Position numbers and translations under genes: made by a program | The notes under the pieces: model-generated | What the model was told of the DNA's origin: nothing | Seen by the model: the letters and a program-made list of their open reading frames with translations, nothing else | The model's database searches: none | In this document: one piece after another, positions 1-12,103 of the stretch | Position numbering within the stretch: position 1 is the first letter of the stretch | Layout of the letters: every line of letters begins with the position of its first letter | Assembly: GCA_000708835.1 (NCBI GenBank) | Contig: DF237109.1 | Coordinates: forward strand, 129,990 to 166,667 | Source: Klebsormidium nitens | Lineage: Eukaryota > Plantae > Klebsormidiophyceae | Reading direction: 5' to 3' | Length of the DNA stretch: 36,678 bases

Positions 1-1401
1 TGAGCCTCAGCGCCGAAGAAATTGCTTCCCGGTCGGCTCAACCGAGGGGCGTCGGCCGAAAAGCTGACAGAATCAAGGGGCCTATACCGTATGTCACGAC
101 TCATGCACACTGCACAGCACCTATTTGGGGTGGTGAGACGAGCCGGCCGGATCAACACTGGAACGGTCGGCCCAGGCGCCGACAATCTCGAAAGTCCGCG
201 TCGAAGTTCAGACACTGCTTCCAAGTCACTCGGGGCCAAGTTTGAGTCACGAGTGGCGCGGCGGTACGGCCGGTGCTATCCTAGCTAGCAGGTTCGTTCA
301 ATTGTCGACTTTGTACATGCCCCGAGCACTTACATGGGTGGGATCCCCGGTGGGATACAGTTAACCGGTGACTCGTCACCGAGAGCTGCCGTAATTTTGT
401 GGGCGAAGTGTACCGGCCAAAGTTATCAGTGGTAGGCGCCGAGGACCTTCGACCGGGGACTTCGTGAAAGCTGCCGGCAGCGCACCACCTGACGAGAAGA
501 AGTCCGTACAGCTCCAGAAATCCGATGTGTGCTTGCCACCTGGAGCCTACAGTCCCATCGGATCGACCAACATCGACGCAAACTTCGGCGGTGAAACCTC
601 CCCGCGAGCGCGGCCGCGCCTGAGGCTCGGGCCAAAATGCGCGGCCGCCGCGCTCGACTGTGGCCGAACTTCGTTCTTGAAATACCGTCGGTCACCGCGC
701 CATGCACTTGGCCGACGTCCGTCGGACTCATGCGCGCCCGGGCCAGGTAATTCAGGAGTCAGAATCGTCAGGAGGCTGGGGCGGCCAAACTTAGGGCTGC
801 ATCGGGCGCCGCGCACCTAGCCGCCTGCCAACTTCAATCAGTTATAGGTTTTTAAGCTCACTATAATTTGAAAGCACCAAGCGTGGCCGGGCCAGGCCGC
901 GGCCGGGCTGCCCAAAATGCCAGCATGTAGCGTCTTTGCATATGGCTCGTGATGTAGGTCACCGAGATTACTAAAACGTAAGATAGTTTGCGGTCCTGAT
1001 TGCACGAGCTGCATTCATAACATGTTATAAATTGGAAATTACCATACATGGACGTCAACTCACTGCTAAACACCGCAAAGCTTGAAAGAACTACAACACC
1101 CGTGACTTGTTGAGCTTAGTGCTCAAGTGGCACAGCGTCCTCAAAGACCTGATTATGCTGCCGACCCTCCAATCATCGCATTTAGTACCGCTTGTCCCTA
1201 TACCCGCAATCATTGATTGTTTGTCCTGTCCGTCCGCGAAACTTGCTCTGCGTCTTATATGCTATGTGCGGCGCTACTGCCCGACTCTCTAATGTACATC
1301 TATAATACTGTCGAATACAAGTTCCGAGCTCTGCCATTTGTACACAAAGCAAGCTGTTTTTGACAAACACGGCGTCCCATCGCTTGTGCCGGCCCGCGCC
1401 A

Positions 1402-4400
1402 TCACCTGAGCAGGAACTGGTTGCCTGTTTCAAAAATGGCGGTGACGAGGGACCGCTTCAGGTCCTCAAACGTGTCGTAGTCGGGAAGCAGCAGCTCGTT
1501 GTAGCAGGTGTGTGCCTGCGCGAAGAAGCCAAAATCGAAATCTTATCCGTGCATAACCAACAAGGCTGCTGAAACAGCAGCTGGAACGATGCTGAACACA
1601 ATAGTCAGGCCGCTGAACACCCAGGACTATGTGCTGTCCAAGAAGCCCCGTTCTACGAGCGTCGTCTTCAAGTGACGTTATTGGACTGTCCAACGCTTAC
1701 TATGAAAAAGCATGTCCTGCACTAATTACTTGTGAGTAACCGCTGGCAACATTTTACGCCAGTGGCATTTTACATGCGTGGCAAGCCTCAGGACTCAAGA
1801 CTGAGACCCCATCGCCCCCCAAACTACTGGCCCCAAAGAGAGTCGCAGACTTCCTAGAGAGATCAGGAGCAAACTTCGCACCATGCTTGACATCCAGGCG
1901 AAACGAAGCGCTAGCATCTGCGTGCCCGACGCGGAGCTTGGGGCGGTACCTGCGGGAGGCGCGTAATGTCGGAGACGCGCACGATGTGGAAGGCCCGCAG
2001 GCCGTCACTGCCGCGTAGCCCCGCAAAGCCCTCCGGATACGGCACCTTGCTCGTGCCCGTCACGAACTGCAGCAGCCGAGCGCGCATTGCCTCGTCCCAC
2101 GACTCCACCAGCTGCGCAGCAGTACAGTCACCATTAGCAGCTGGAGGAATGAGCCAAGCATTGCCGACTCAGATTGTCTTGTGTTGGACCGTTGGAGAGT
2201 GGCAGGGGTGTAGATACAAAGTGGGAACCAAAGCCGAAATCAGTGCAGCCTTGGCAAAAGGGAGGAAGCATACGAAAGAAGCACCAACAATGCTCAAGCT
2301 CATTGCGCCAGCCAGATCAGGCCAGTATGAATTTCGGCCACGAGGATAAAGGGTATAACGGCCTTGTGAACTTGTGACAATCGAGGCACACGGCGTTCTT
2401 AAATCAAGGAAGCCGGGATCGTGGTATGCATCGCTCCTGTGTGGCATTTCAGGTGATGAAAATCTGTAGGTCGGATGTGAGCGCTGGGGCGATCGCACAT
2501 AATGGATCTTGTTTGGGGCGTCGGGCCTTGCCTGCCAGAACCAGATGATGATGGCGACCTGGTCGGTGTAGCCGGCCTTGTACACGGTGTGCGCGCGCCA
2601 GTCGCCGAGGTCCAGGTGCGGCAGGCCGCCCACCAGCCACTCCAGCTCGCACTCGTCGAACGGGTGCAGCAGCTCCAGCGCCACCACGCGCGACAGCCCG
2701 CCGCGCAACGCCGCCATCTGGGGCTCCACCGAGTCTGGACAGGACGGGCGAAGAAGATAGTTTCGATTATGGGCCAGTAAGCAAGGGCCGCAGGGCCGAT
2801 GATACCGCAATTCAGTGATTGGTGAGCACACTGAACAGTAGGTTTTCAAATCGTCAAACTCTTCTGCGCACGCGCCTGTGGGCACCACAACCAGCTAAGT
2901 AACCCCTCCCGTCCCAGTTACTGTTCACTGTGCTTGCTGATCTATTGGTGAGATAGAAGGCAGGGCCGGGCGCTTCTAGTGAGGAAAGAGCGCTTGACGT
3001 TGCACTAACTGCCCTCTCTTGGACCGGTAATTTTGCGCAGCCAGCAGCGTAGCAGCGGCGATCTACTGGCATAACAGAATTCAACAACTTCTGCAACACT
3101 CCTGCGTGGAGGTGATGCGGAATCGCCCCTTCTCAGCGAAGCTACGGGATCGCACATTTCTTAAGGATACATTTTCCCAATAAGTACAACCGTCGGGCTG
3201 CCACTCACATCCCAAGCTTCGAGCAACAAGTGTCCCGTCTAGCTGTCCGCGAGAGTGACCGAACGAGCCGCTCCCAGGTGGCTGCGGGCGGTGCTGCGCG
3301 CGCGTACCTTTGAGGCGCCACTCTGCGAGGAGGTCGACGTACTCGCGCTTGTTGTCCTGCGTGACGGGCATGTCCTGGCCCCCCGGCTTCAGCTCCACCT
3401 CCTCGTACGCGCCAAACGCCTCGCGCTCCACGCTGAACGTCAACCCCAGGTCCTGCTCCGACAGGTCGTTCTCAATCACCTGCGCAATGGCAGGGCCACA
3501 AGCGTCAAGACAAGAGGCGCCCGGTAGGAACAACTGAGCTGTAGTAGTGGAAGGGAGCAAAAGCTTGTCCTATCTACGATCGAGTCTGGCGTACTTTGGA
3601 GGTGCCTGGCGCTTAGCCAAAGCGAGTGGCCTTCGCATTCGGAGCACAGCGCAAATCGGCGCGATTGTGACTGGCACCCTCTTAACGCTTCGCTCCAGCA
3701 TGTCCCCTTACATCGTGCCTCCATGCCCAGGGTGTTCAGCCCCTATAGCATAGAGGGTGCTTTTTTAATCAGATATTCGTCTAAAGAAGAGGTCAAGGCT
3801 TCACGTTCTCGGGGGCAACTCCTCGAAATATGTTTTTGTGCTGGACAATTGGGAGGGACAATGACGGCCGACTTCGGGTCTAATATGCAGCAAAAGTTTG
3901 TATACTCCCAAGAGCATCAGACTGACATACCGGTGGACGATGAGCAAGCTTCAAGGCGCCTCACCCAGCAGAGCGACTTGTAGAACTGGACGTCGTGGCT
4001 GGCCATGTCGTGGTAGGTGACGGGCCGGCCCAGCACCCGCTTGTAGAACAGCCGCGTGAAGTGCACCCCTAGCAAGCACCCGTCCGCAACGGCCTTCCCG
4101 GCAATCGTGCCCACGAACCTGAGCGCCACACAGCGACGTCAGAGGGGTAAGGGCACTTGGCACGGGGGTGACTATCCCAGGAAACAACGAATCCACAATT
4201 TTCGGCTTGTCATTTCAAGTTAATCTGAGATGGTGATAGCTAGCGAAAGCTATTCCTTAAGTCTTTGTGCCTTGCCATAATACGAACGTCTTGAAAGCAC
4301 CCGCTTCCTCACAGGTACGGCAACAATAAGCATATCATCAACAGCGTGCGTCGTCTGGTGTCAAAACCTACCTACACGGCCCGAATGGTGCCTCGCACCC

Positions 4401-6279
4401 TGTCATGACCAACTTGCATCCACAATTGTGCACCCCCTTGAGCAACGCACGCACCTGAAGAAGTCAAGGTGGTCGGGGTTGACCCCCGAGTTGGGGTTGA
4501 CCTGGAAGGTGCCGTCGTCGGAGGCGGAGGCGGTGAAGAGGCCGTAATCCTCGTTAAACATTTGGCGGCTCAGCACGCTGTACCAGTCGCGCGTCACGCC
4601 GCCCTCGTCGCGCCCAGCCTCGTTCTGGAAGTGCACGCTTACGGGCAGCTTGAGGTCCGCATCCGTCACCCACGCAAACTGCGGCACAGCAAACGGGGCT
4701 GATATTGTAACCTTTGTTCGTAAAAAGCCATCATGCATTGCAAGGATACCCAATGGGAGGTTTAGTGTGTCCTGGAGGTCCGTGCCGTAACACTGAAGGA
4801 AAAAGGAAAGCAAACAACACATGATTGTTTATTGCCACCGTGGCTCATGGTATAATGAACCATGAAGCATTGGGAGTTAATGGGGTCCAACGCATCCCGG
4901 ATGCTTACCTGCGCGTATGAGTCTTGGAAGACTCGCTCCCTGCTGACTGTAATTGGCAGCACTTTCTTGCCGTTCTTGCCAATTATGGCTCGCCGCTCAG
5001 GCCCAACGTCCTGCTTAGCGGCGCGCGCAGTGATCTCCCTGCATCCAAGCGGCAACACCTCGGTAAGGAACATTACTGCGGTGAAACGGTGGGTCTTTGA
5101 CGAGATAGGCAATGCTGGGAATCAGACCCTCACAAAGCCGCAAAACTTTCCCAACTGGCGGAAAAACGCTGGGGCAAAAGAGAGCACCAACCTCAACATC
5201 AGAACCACGTTGCACTCTTCCGTTGCTTGCTAGAACAAACCTGATTACTGCCGGGACTCAGAAGACAGGTGACTACAGGTTTTTCTCAGCAGCTCTGCAT
5301 TCGAGCAGCAGCCAAGCTTGAGCGACAATGAGATGAAGCAACGGCTCAGAGCTACCAGATTGAGCGTCTTCCCTGACAATCAGCGGCCCCTTAAGTTCTC
5401 CGCCGACAAATTCAGAATGTGTCCAGAGAAGTAGGCGTGGCCGCACCTGAGAAGCCAGTCCCTTTTGAGCTGGAAGAGGCGCTCCTCAGAGAGCTCCTTC
5501 TCGCGCGCCAAGACTTCCTCAATCGACAGCAGCGTCTCGGGGCTGCCCGCGGCAGGGGCATCCACATCAATGACCACCTCGGACCCCTCCGATGGGCCTG
5601 TCAAGAGAGCGGCAGGCGCCACAGCAGGGAGGAGCGCGGGGGGGTGGTGAGCCACAGCCTGGCGCGCACCTGGGAGGGAGCAGGAGCGTCAGTTGTTGCG
5701 CAAAGTTTTGTGAGCTTCATAAGCAGGTCATGTCTTCACTCACTTAGTGAGAGGTGAACGAGCCATGTGTGTGGCGGGTCAAGGCAGAGCGTTCAGAGCG
5801 TGACTGCGCTCAACACAATGGCAGCGGCATCGTTAGAGTGACGACCCGGTTCCACGTAGGCACCCATGTTGATGAGAAAAGTCAGAGTCTGGCAATATCG
5901 GACCTGCTGAGAGAAGCAATGAGCTGCCACTATCATGTCAGGCCACGGGCGACAATCTAAAGCCCAGAGGGCACAAGGACTGAAAAAAAAGTGTATACAC
6001 CGGAACCAGCCCAGCCTCAGTGCTTGTCGACTTGTTCAAAATTCATAAACCTGGCCAGACATGTGTGATAACTTGAATGCCAACAGAGGCATGTGCGGGT
6101 GTGGAAGTAGAGAACTGATTTGCTGGTTTGTCCTCACCCCTCCTTCTGCGCCTCCGGAAGAACACGCACCCGAGGCCCACCATGGCTAGCACGAGAACGC
6201 CCACCCAAATACCGGCCCAGCCCGCCAGGGAAACACTGCTTGAGGACGCCCCGTCAGACGGGGGGCTGCCGCGGGGCAT
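1402..6279 (-). CDS. HECT-domain E3 ubiquitin ligase with predicted N-terminal transmembrane anchor (9 exons, 507 aa)
   Basis: Exons in transcript order: 6279-6138, 5669-5447, 5038-4909, 4678-4455, 4118-3965, 3479-3308, 2734-2532, 2111-1950, 1515-1402. Total 1524 nt, all junction phases compatible. HECT motifs: ITVSRERVFQDS, EAGRDEGGVTRDWY, VNPNSGVNPDHLDFFRFVG, ELKPGGQDMPVTQDNKREYV, RLLQFVTGTSKVP, catalytic AHTCYN, and Phe at -4 (QFLLR*). The HECT part is secure; exon 1 and the start codon are less so. Confidence 0.9.
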
Positions 6280-7480
6280 TGGCTCACCGCAACCCTCGTT
6301 CCGGCCACTACGCGTCTCTGCTAAATCCACCGAGCGTAGCCATCATCCTGGTTTCCTATTGTCTACTTGCTACTTCAGATGCGCGCGTGATCAAGCGGCC
6401 ACATTGTTCGGAGGTTTGCTCTCATAGGTTTCAAGATGCATTGGTCAGCTTGGAGGAAGTGGGGAGGCAGCAAACTGGGGCGCCGGGCTGCACAGTTAGA
6501 ACAACCAGTCAGACTGAGGTAAAAGGCATAGAGGAAGAGGCCCAATGCAAACCCTGAACAAGAAAGTTGCAGACTTTGTGCTCGGAATATCCTCGTAGCG
6601 GCTCAAAGCAAGGGTGAAGTGAGGAGGCGACGATGCTTGGGTTCCATTTGAGGGTTTCATGTGAGGGTTTGGTCATTGCTGCGATGATGACGCTGCTTGT
6701 CAACAATGAAGGGGGCTCCGTGCATTTCATGTCCACAGCAGACATGCAAAAAGTCGAATGAAACCTGATCAGGCAGTAAAGACCGGCCCGGAGTGTTTTT
6801 GTTCAGGTTACGGGTCATATTGACATTGGTTGCCTGCCCACTGCTTGGGATTCGGCACAGCGATGAAGAATAAGAGCAACAAGATTGCATTCGTTTTGTA
6901 AACTAAAGATCCCACGACATCAGTCGTGAGAGTCATCTTTTCTTGAAACCTTCCAGCAAGAGCAACGGAGGGCAACCCTAGATTCTTGCCAACCCTTAAA
7001 CCGGAGTGCGGAGCACCTCAAACTTTCAGGAAAAAGTGACAGCCGTTGAAAGCTCCCAAGAACAGGAATCAGAGCTCAGGGACGACACAGTACTGACTTA
7101 CAAATACATGCCAAATGGACCAGCGGACATTGGCATGCAAGGACCCAACCTTTCCAGGCTTCTGCACCTTGAGACTGCCCTTCACAGTGCCCACTGCCGT
7201 TGAGCAATCACAAAGGAAGACTCCCTCACCCTCAGTACTACTACTAGCTCCGTACTCCCTGTGCGTGGCCTTTGCTGCTGCAAACCCCGCCATGGACGGC
7301 TACTAGAGCTGCCCGGCCATGAGTCTGACGACTCTGACCGAGCCATGCACTGGACTTCTCTTTGCAGCCATGGCCCAAGCAGCTGTGACTGGACACCTGT
7401 CGGTGTCAGAGGTGCTTAGCTCCACACATGTGCCCCCAAATCCTTAATTCCACACGTGGGGCTAACTTGAACCCGGGCGG

Positions 7481-7495
7481 TAGGGTTTAACCCTA
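7481..7495. promoter_or_regulatory. Palindromic double telo-box (TAGGGTTTAACCCTA) upstream of NUP58
   Basis: Contains TAGGGTTT (reverse complement of the AAACCCTA telo-box) overlapping AACCCTA, about 360 nt before the NUP58 ATG. A G-box CACGTG lies at 7453-7458. Function is inferred from plant telo-box precedent. Confidence 0.5.
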
Positions 7496-7855
7496 GATCG
7501 GGCTAGGACTTTTGTTGACGGAAACGCTAGAGGTCACTTCCTGTGTCACTGTGCAACAGACCCTAAACTTCAAAAGGCCAAAGTCCAAGAGAGATTGGCA
7601 CTCTCCTAGCTCATCCCTTCAATCTGCTTCATGCATTTCTGCATCTTCTATGTATTTTCTAGGGACTAGGTTCTACTTCTGGGCGCTCAAACACGTACTC
7701 AGGAGCTCGCGCAAATCTCCTGCTGCCTTTTAGAGGGTGCTCAAGGTCTGGTGGAAACGCAACGGCATTGGACGGTCGCGATTCACGGGGTCCCATGATA
7801 TCTGCTTGATGATCTCTCCACGTGCTGCTCAGTCGTTTCCCTAGTGGCACCAGCA

Positions 7856-10800
7856 ATGTCTTTCTTCGGCTTTGGCACGGGCGCTGCTTCTCAGAGCGGA
7901 GCGCAGTCTGTTGGCACCAGCCTCTTCGCCCCACAGCAGAAGCAGCAGCAGCAGGCCCTCGCATTGCAACACCAAGCAGGTGACACTACTACGTGTGGAC
8001 ATTGCCATGCAATCATTTGGAGTGTGATTTGTTGTGGACGTTTCTTTCCTGCCCACTCTGAGCCCAGACTGAGTTGTGCACAGCAAATACAGTCAACTCA
8101 TGCAGGCAGTCCTTTTTCTGGTCCCCATCGTGTTGTGCTTCCTCCCCATTTCTCTCACTTGCCGAAGTAGGCGAATGCAAGTGGCCATGCTGAGCGCCAT
8201 TCTGCAAAGTCACGCGGAGCCCCTCTGTGACGCCTTATTCCGCTTGTTGCGCTATATCAAAGGCTGCCTGCCTTTGCAGGTGGACAGCTGCAATTGGTGA
8301 CCAAGGCGGGGGGGCCCGCCACGTTCAGCACCAAGTGGGATGACCTCAGCCCCGACACGCAGCGCCTCCTGCAGCAGGTCGAGTGAGGCGCACCACCCCT
8401 GCATCGAGTCTGTATGGCCTGCAATCAATCAGCACGGTCGACAATGGCTTATTTTGAAAGAGAGTAGCGGCTCATGGGCATGTGAGCGGGCAAACGCATG
8501 GCCTGCTTGCGCGGTCGCTTGAGGTGCCTGATGGATACTCACGGGTTGCTGACGGAAGGAAGCATCAGTAAAGTTTGGGTTATGGTTACTGAAGCACCAT
8601 CCTTGGCCCCCCCTCTGGTTGCTGCAGAGCGCGCATCTTGGAGTACCGGGATGAGAGCCAGCGACTGGACCAGTGCGCTCGTTTGTACGACGCAAGCGCC
8701 CTCAAGCGAAGCTTTGATGACGAGGCAGCCACTGTGCGCCAGGTAAGGTCATGAATGAGCGCCACTGCACAGAGTATTTTTTGACAGTCTCATATGTGGA
8801 GGATGCGGGGTAGAATCCGTTCAAAAAAGGAGTGCCTCAGCGAGCCCTCAAAGGTCCTGGAATTGCCCACTCATTGAATCAGCATTTCTTTGTGTGGTCA
8901 ACGGCTGTCCCTGTTAAAGCTAGATACCATTGCTTCTGTGCGTGCTTCTTTTGCACTGAACAATTGCCCCACGTCTCAGTCTGGACTCTTGGCTGAAATC
9001 ACACATCTTGTCAACCCATTAGCCCTGTCGCCAAATGTCTTAACCTTGCTTCCCGTTTTGGCCTCAGCTGTTGGGGGGCCTCTCGGTGGCCATCCGCACG
9101 GAGCAGGCCTCCCTGGCGTCCCTGTTTGCGTCCGTCAAGGAGTTGCTAGCTGCCACGGAGACGGCTGTGCGCTCATTCCTTATTTTACGCCACCGCTTTG
9201 CACGCACCGCATTGCTTCCCGGGGGTGCGGCCCAGCAGCCAGCACTGGAAACGTTCTACAGGCAAGTGTCGTAGGGAACAGCCCTGCAATCGGTTGCAGT
9301 CTGAGTTTGAACATACAAGATGTATCCCCACAACCTGGAAGGCCAACCTTGACTGACTTTAGTGCCCACCCGCCATTGCTGCCATGCATCTGGCTTCTTT
9401 TGGTTGCAATCTCGAGAAGCTGGCCTTACAAAGTGCGTGTGACTCTCTTCCTCCACAACTTGCACAATTGCAGATACCCTCCTAAGCTGAGGAGTTTCGA
9501 TGCTGTTCACTGTCACTCGCGCCCCCTTTGCAAGAAGTAACCTTCTTTTTGTTTTGTGCTCACTCATGACGTCATGCTCTCTGCCTGCAGCGGCATCCCC
9601 TCCTTGCCGTCCCCCTACCTCTCCTCGGCCGTATCCTCGTTTGAGGCGCGCCTGGCGGCATATCGTGCGCGGGTGGAGGAACTAGAGCGGCTGCAGCAGC
9701 CTGCCGCGCAGGGCCGCGACCAGCTGGAGCACGCGCTGCCTGCCGTGCTGCACAACGTGCACACCTTCTTTCTGCACGTTGCCGCGCAGGTCAGTTGGTA
9801 CTCTCGGGCGAGGCCAGACAAAATGAATGACTCTGCGGGATCTGTGGTCGGGGACACGGATTGGAGCCGAATGCCCTGTTCGAGCAGGGATGCTGCACGT
9901 TGCGATCTATCGCCGCCTTTCCTGCTGCACGTTTTCGAAGGAACGGCTTCGTACATGTATAGGGACAGCGACAGACCCCAAGGAACATCAGGAAAGCGAC
10001 GGTCAAGGTGATCAAAACAAGAACACCGACGTAATGATACGCGAGTTGCGCACGCGACTCTGGTGGAGTTGGTCTTGAGCGCTTGTCTCGTCCTGTCCCA
10101 GGTGGAGTCGTTGCACGCCCACATCAGCGCTGCCCGCGGCGCCCACCTGGCGGAGTTGCGGCGGCGCGGGGACGAGCGGGATCCGTTCCTGGAGGCGGAC
10201 CGCCGCGAAGAGGCCACGCGGCAGACCGAAGAGAACCGCAGGAAAGCAGCGCAGGCGGCACTCCTGGCCGCACAACCGCAGCAGCCGGCAGCGGCGACGG
10301 CGGGGCTGCAACAAGCACAAGCAGCAGCGCAGCAGGTAGGCACGCCCACTGCCTAGCAGATTCTCCGGTGCGGTTGGCATAGGGGCATGCGAAAGCTTCC
10401 GTCATGCAGTGACGATTGCTGGCGGCATGTAACGCACGTCATAACGTCGTGGTGCATGGAAGCATACATCCAAGTGAACAACTGCAAGAATGGGAGATAG
10501 CCAGGAAGCGCTGTCCGGAAGAGCAGGTGAAAACGAACAATATCTTCAAGGATCGTCTCTCGACTTGATCTAAAAGCCCTCATTCGAGGCTTGCACTGTT
10601 GTTGTTTGCTAGCGGGGCCAGTATTTTCCTCTCCGAAGAGCTTGGCTCACCCGTCTCCCTTTTCCACAGCCGGCTGCGGCGGCCCCATCCACTGGCCTGT
10701 CTCTCTTCTCCACCCCTGCCACGTCAGCAGCGGCTCCCTCGTTCTTCGCCCCTACCGCTGCCGCGACCTCATCTTTGTTCGGCACACCGGCCCCATCACA

Positions 10801-12103
10801 AGCGGCCTCGGGGGGGAGCTTGTTCGGTGGGCTCGCAACCGGGGGGCCCTCTGCAGCTAGCACCACGGCCCCCTCGTTTGGGACGGGGGGCTTGTTTGGT
10901 GCGCCCACCCAGACCCCCGGGCCGTCGGCTGCTGCCAGCCCTAGCATCTTCGGTGAGCCTGGCTTATGTGCCGAGATCCTAGTATGCAGAGGGCACGGGA
11001 CTCGTGGCCCTGTCAGCATGCTGCGGCGAAGCTGGATTGTCATTGCTCGTTCAGTGGATCAGGGCCGGGCCGTTGTGTTGGGTAGGGCCGGCTTTAATGG
11101 CCTCGGCTGGACTCTTCTCTGAGTGGAAGGAGGGAACGTACGTTAAAGGGCATCCGGCTTCGCAAGTTTGGACGCTTCCATGGAAACAATCTACGTGCAC
11201 TGTGCCGGCTTCCACCCCGTTTTCTGCCCCGTGCGCTTTTCGGTCAAATTGCAATAATGCGTAGAGTTAACGCCCGTGGGTCAGAATGCTGGTATTGGGC
11301 TCGCCCGTCCGCCCCAGGGTCATTTGATCCTTAAGCGCTCGCACGCACGGATTCTACCAAGGCAACGAAATGGGCCGGAGCCTCGCCCAGTTACCACCGG
11401 GTTACATCGACCAAAGCTCAAAGCTCCTGTAAGTAAGCAGACTCTGCTTTCAAAATCTTGACCGCGCCAGTGTCTCGTTCAATTTGCAGGCGCCCCTTCG
11501 TCGACTCCGGCCTTTGGCGCCCCCGCGGCCGCCGCCGCCCCCGCCACCCCGGCCTTCGGGGGAGCCTTTGGCGCCGCCACTCCGACAACTCCGGCCACAG
11601 CCCCTGCCCCGGCCTTCGGTAAGCCAACCACAGTAAACGCGGTGAACCCGGCGTGATTGGTTCCGTATTGCCAACGAATCTGCAACACGTTTGTGCTTCA
11701 TGATTGAGGGGCGTTGCCCTGCGACTCAGAGTCCTTCTCTGAACTTCAAAAAGTTCGAGCCCATTTTGAAGTTCGAACCCTTGTCAAGCGCTCCTCCCCT
11801 CGGTCCAGGCGCACCTGCTTCTGGAGCCGCTCCTGCGTGGAGTCTGCAGGCGCCCCCAACCACGGTGAGTGCATTGCCCTGGTCGGACAGCGGCTGACCA
11901 GAGCCAGATTGCAAACTGCCCAAAATGGAACTGTGCTGACTCCTTCAATTGTCGATGTTAGAGGACTTGGTGGGTTGACGAGCTTTCTTGAAATCGTTGG
12001 CGACGCAAATCTGTATCACAGCCCGCGCCCTCATCACAATACGTGTCGCTTTCTCTGGATGCAGGCAACGCGGCCAAAGCCTCGCGCGGCTAGACGAAAG
12101 TAA
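7856..12103 (+). CDS. NUP58: Central-channel FG nucleoporin Nup58 (p58/p45) (10 exons, 491 aa)
   Basis: Exons 7856-7979, 8280-8382, 8628-8742, 9068-9261, 9591-9789, 10102-10335, 10670-10952, 11490-11618, 11809-11864, 12065-12103; 1476 nt in frame. Motifs STKWDDLSPDTQRLL, ILEYRDESQRLDQCARLYD and DPFLEADRRE, C-terminal SLFG/PAFG repeats and basic tail RPKPRAARRK resemble plant Nup58. Confidence 0.88.

Noticed and set aside
7069-7293. 74-aa minus-strand ORF as a separate gene or further HECT exon
   Set aside because: No recognisable motif or codon bias, and no splice path found; it lies in the likely divergent promoter.
11741-11773. GAACTTCAAAA...TTTTGAAGTTC 11-bp hairpin in a NUP58 intron
   Set aside because: Too short and isolated; no TSD, snoRNA boxes or miRNA-length stem.
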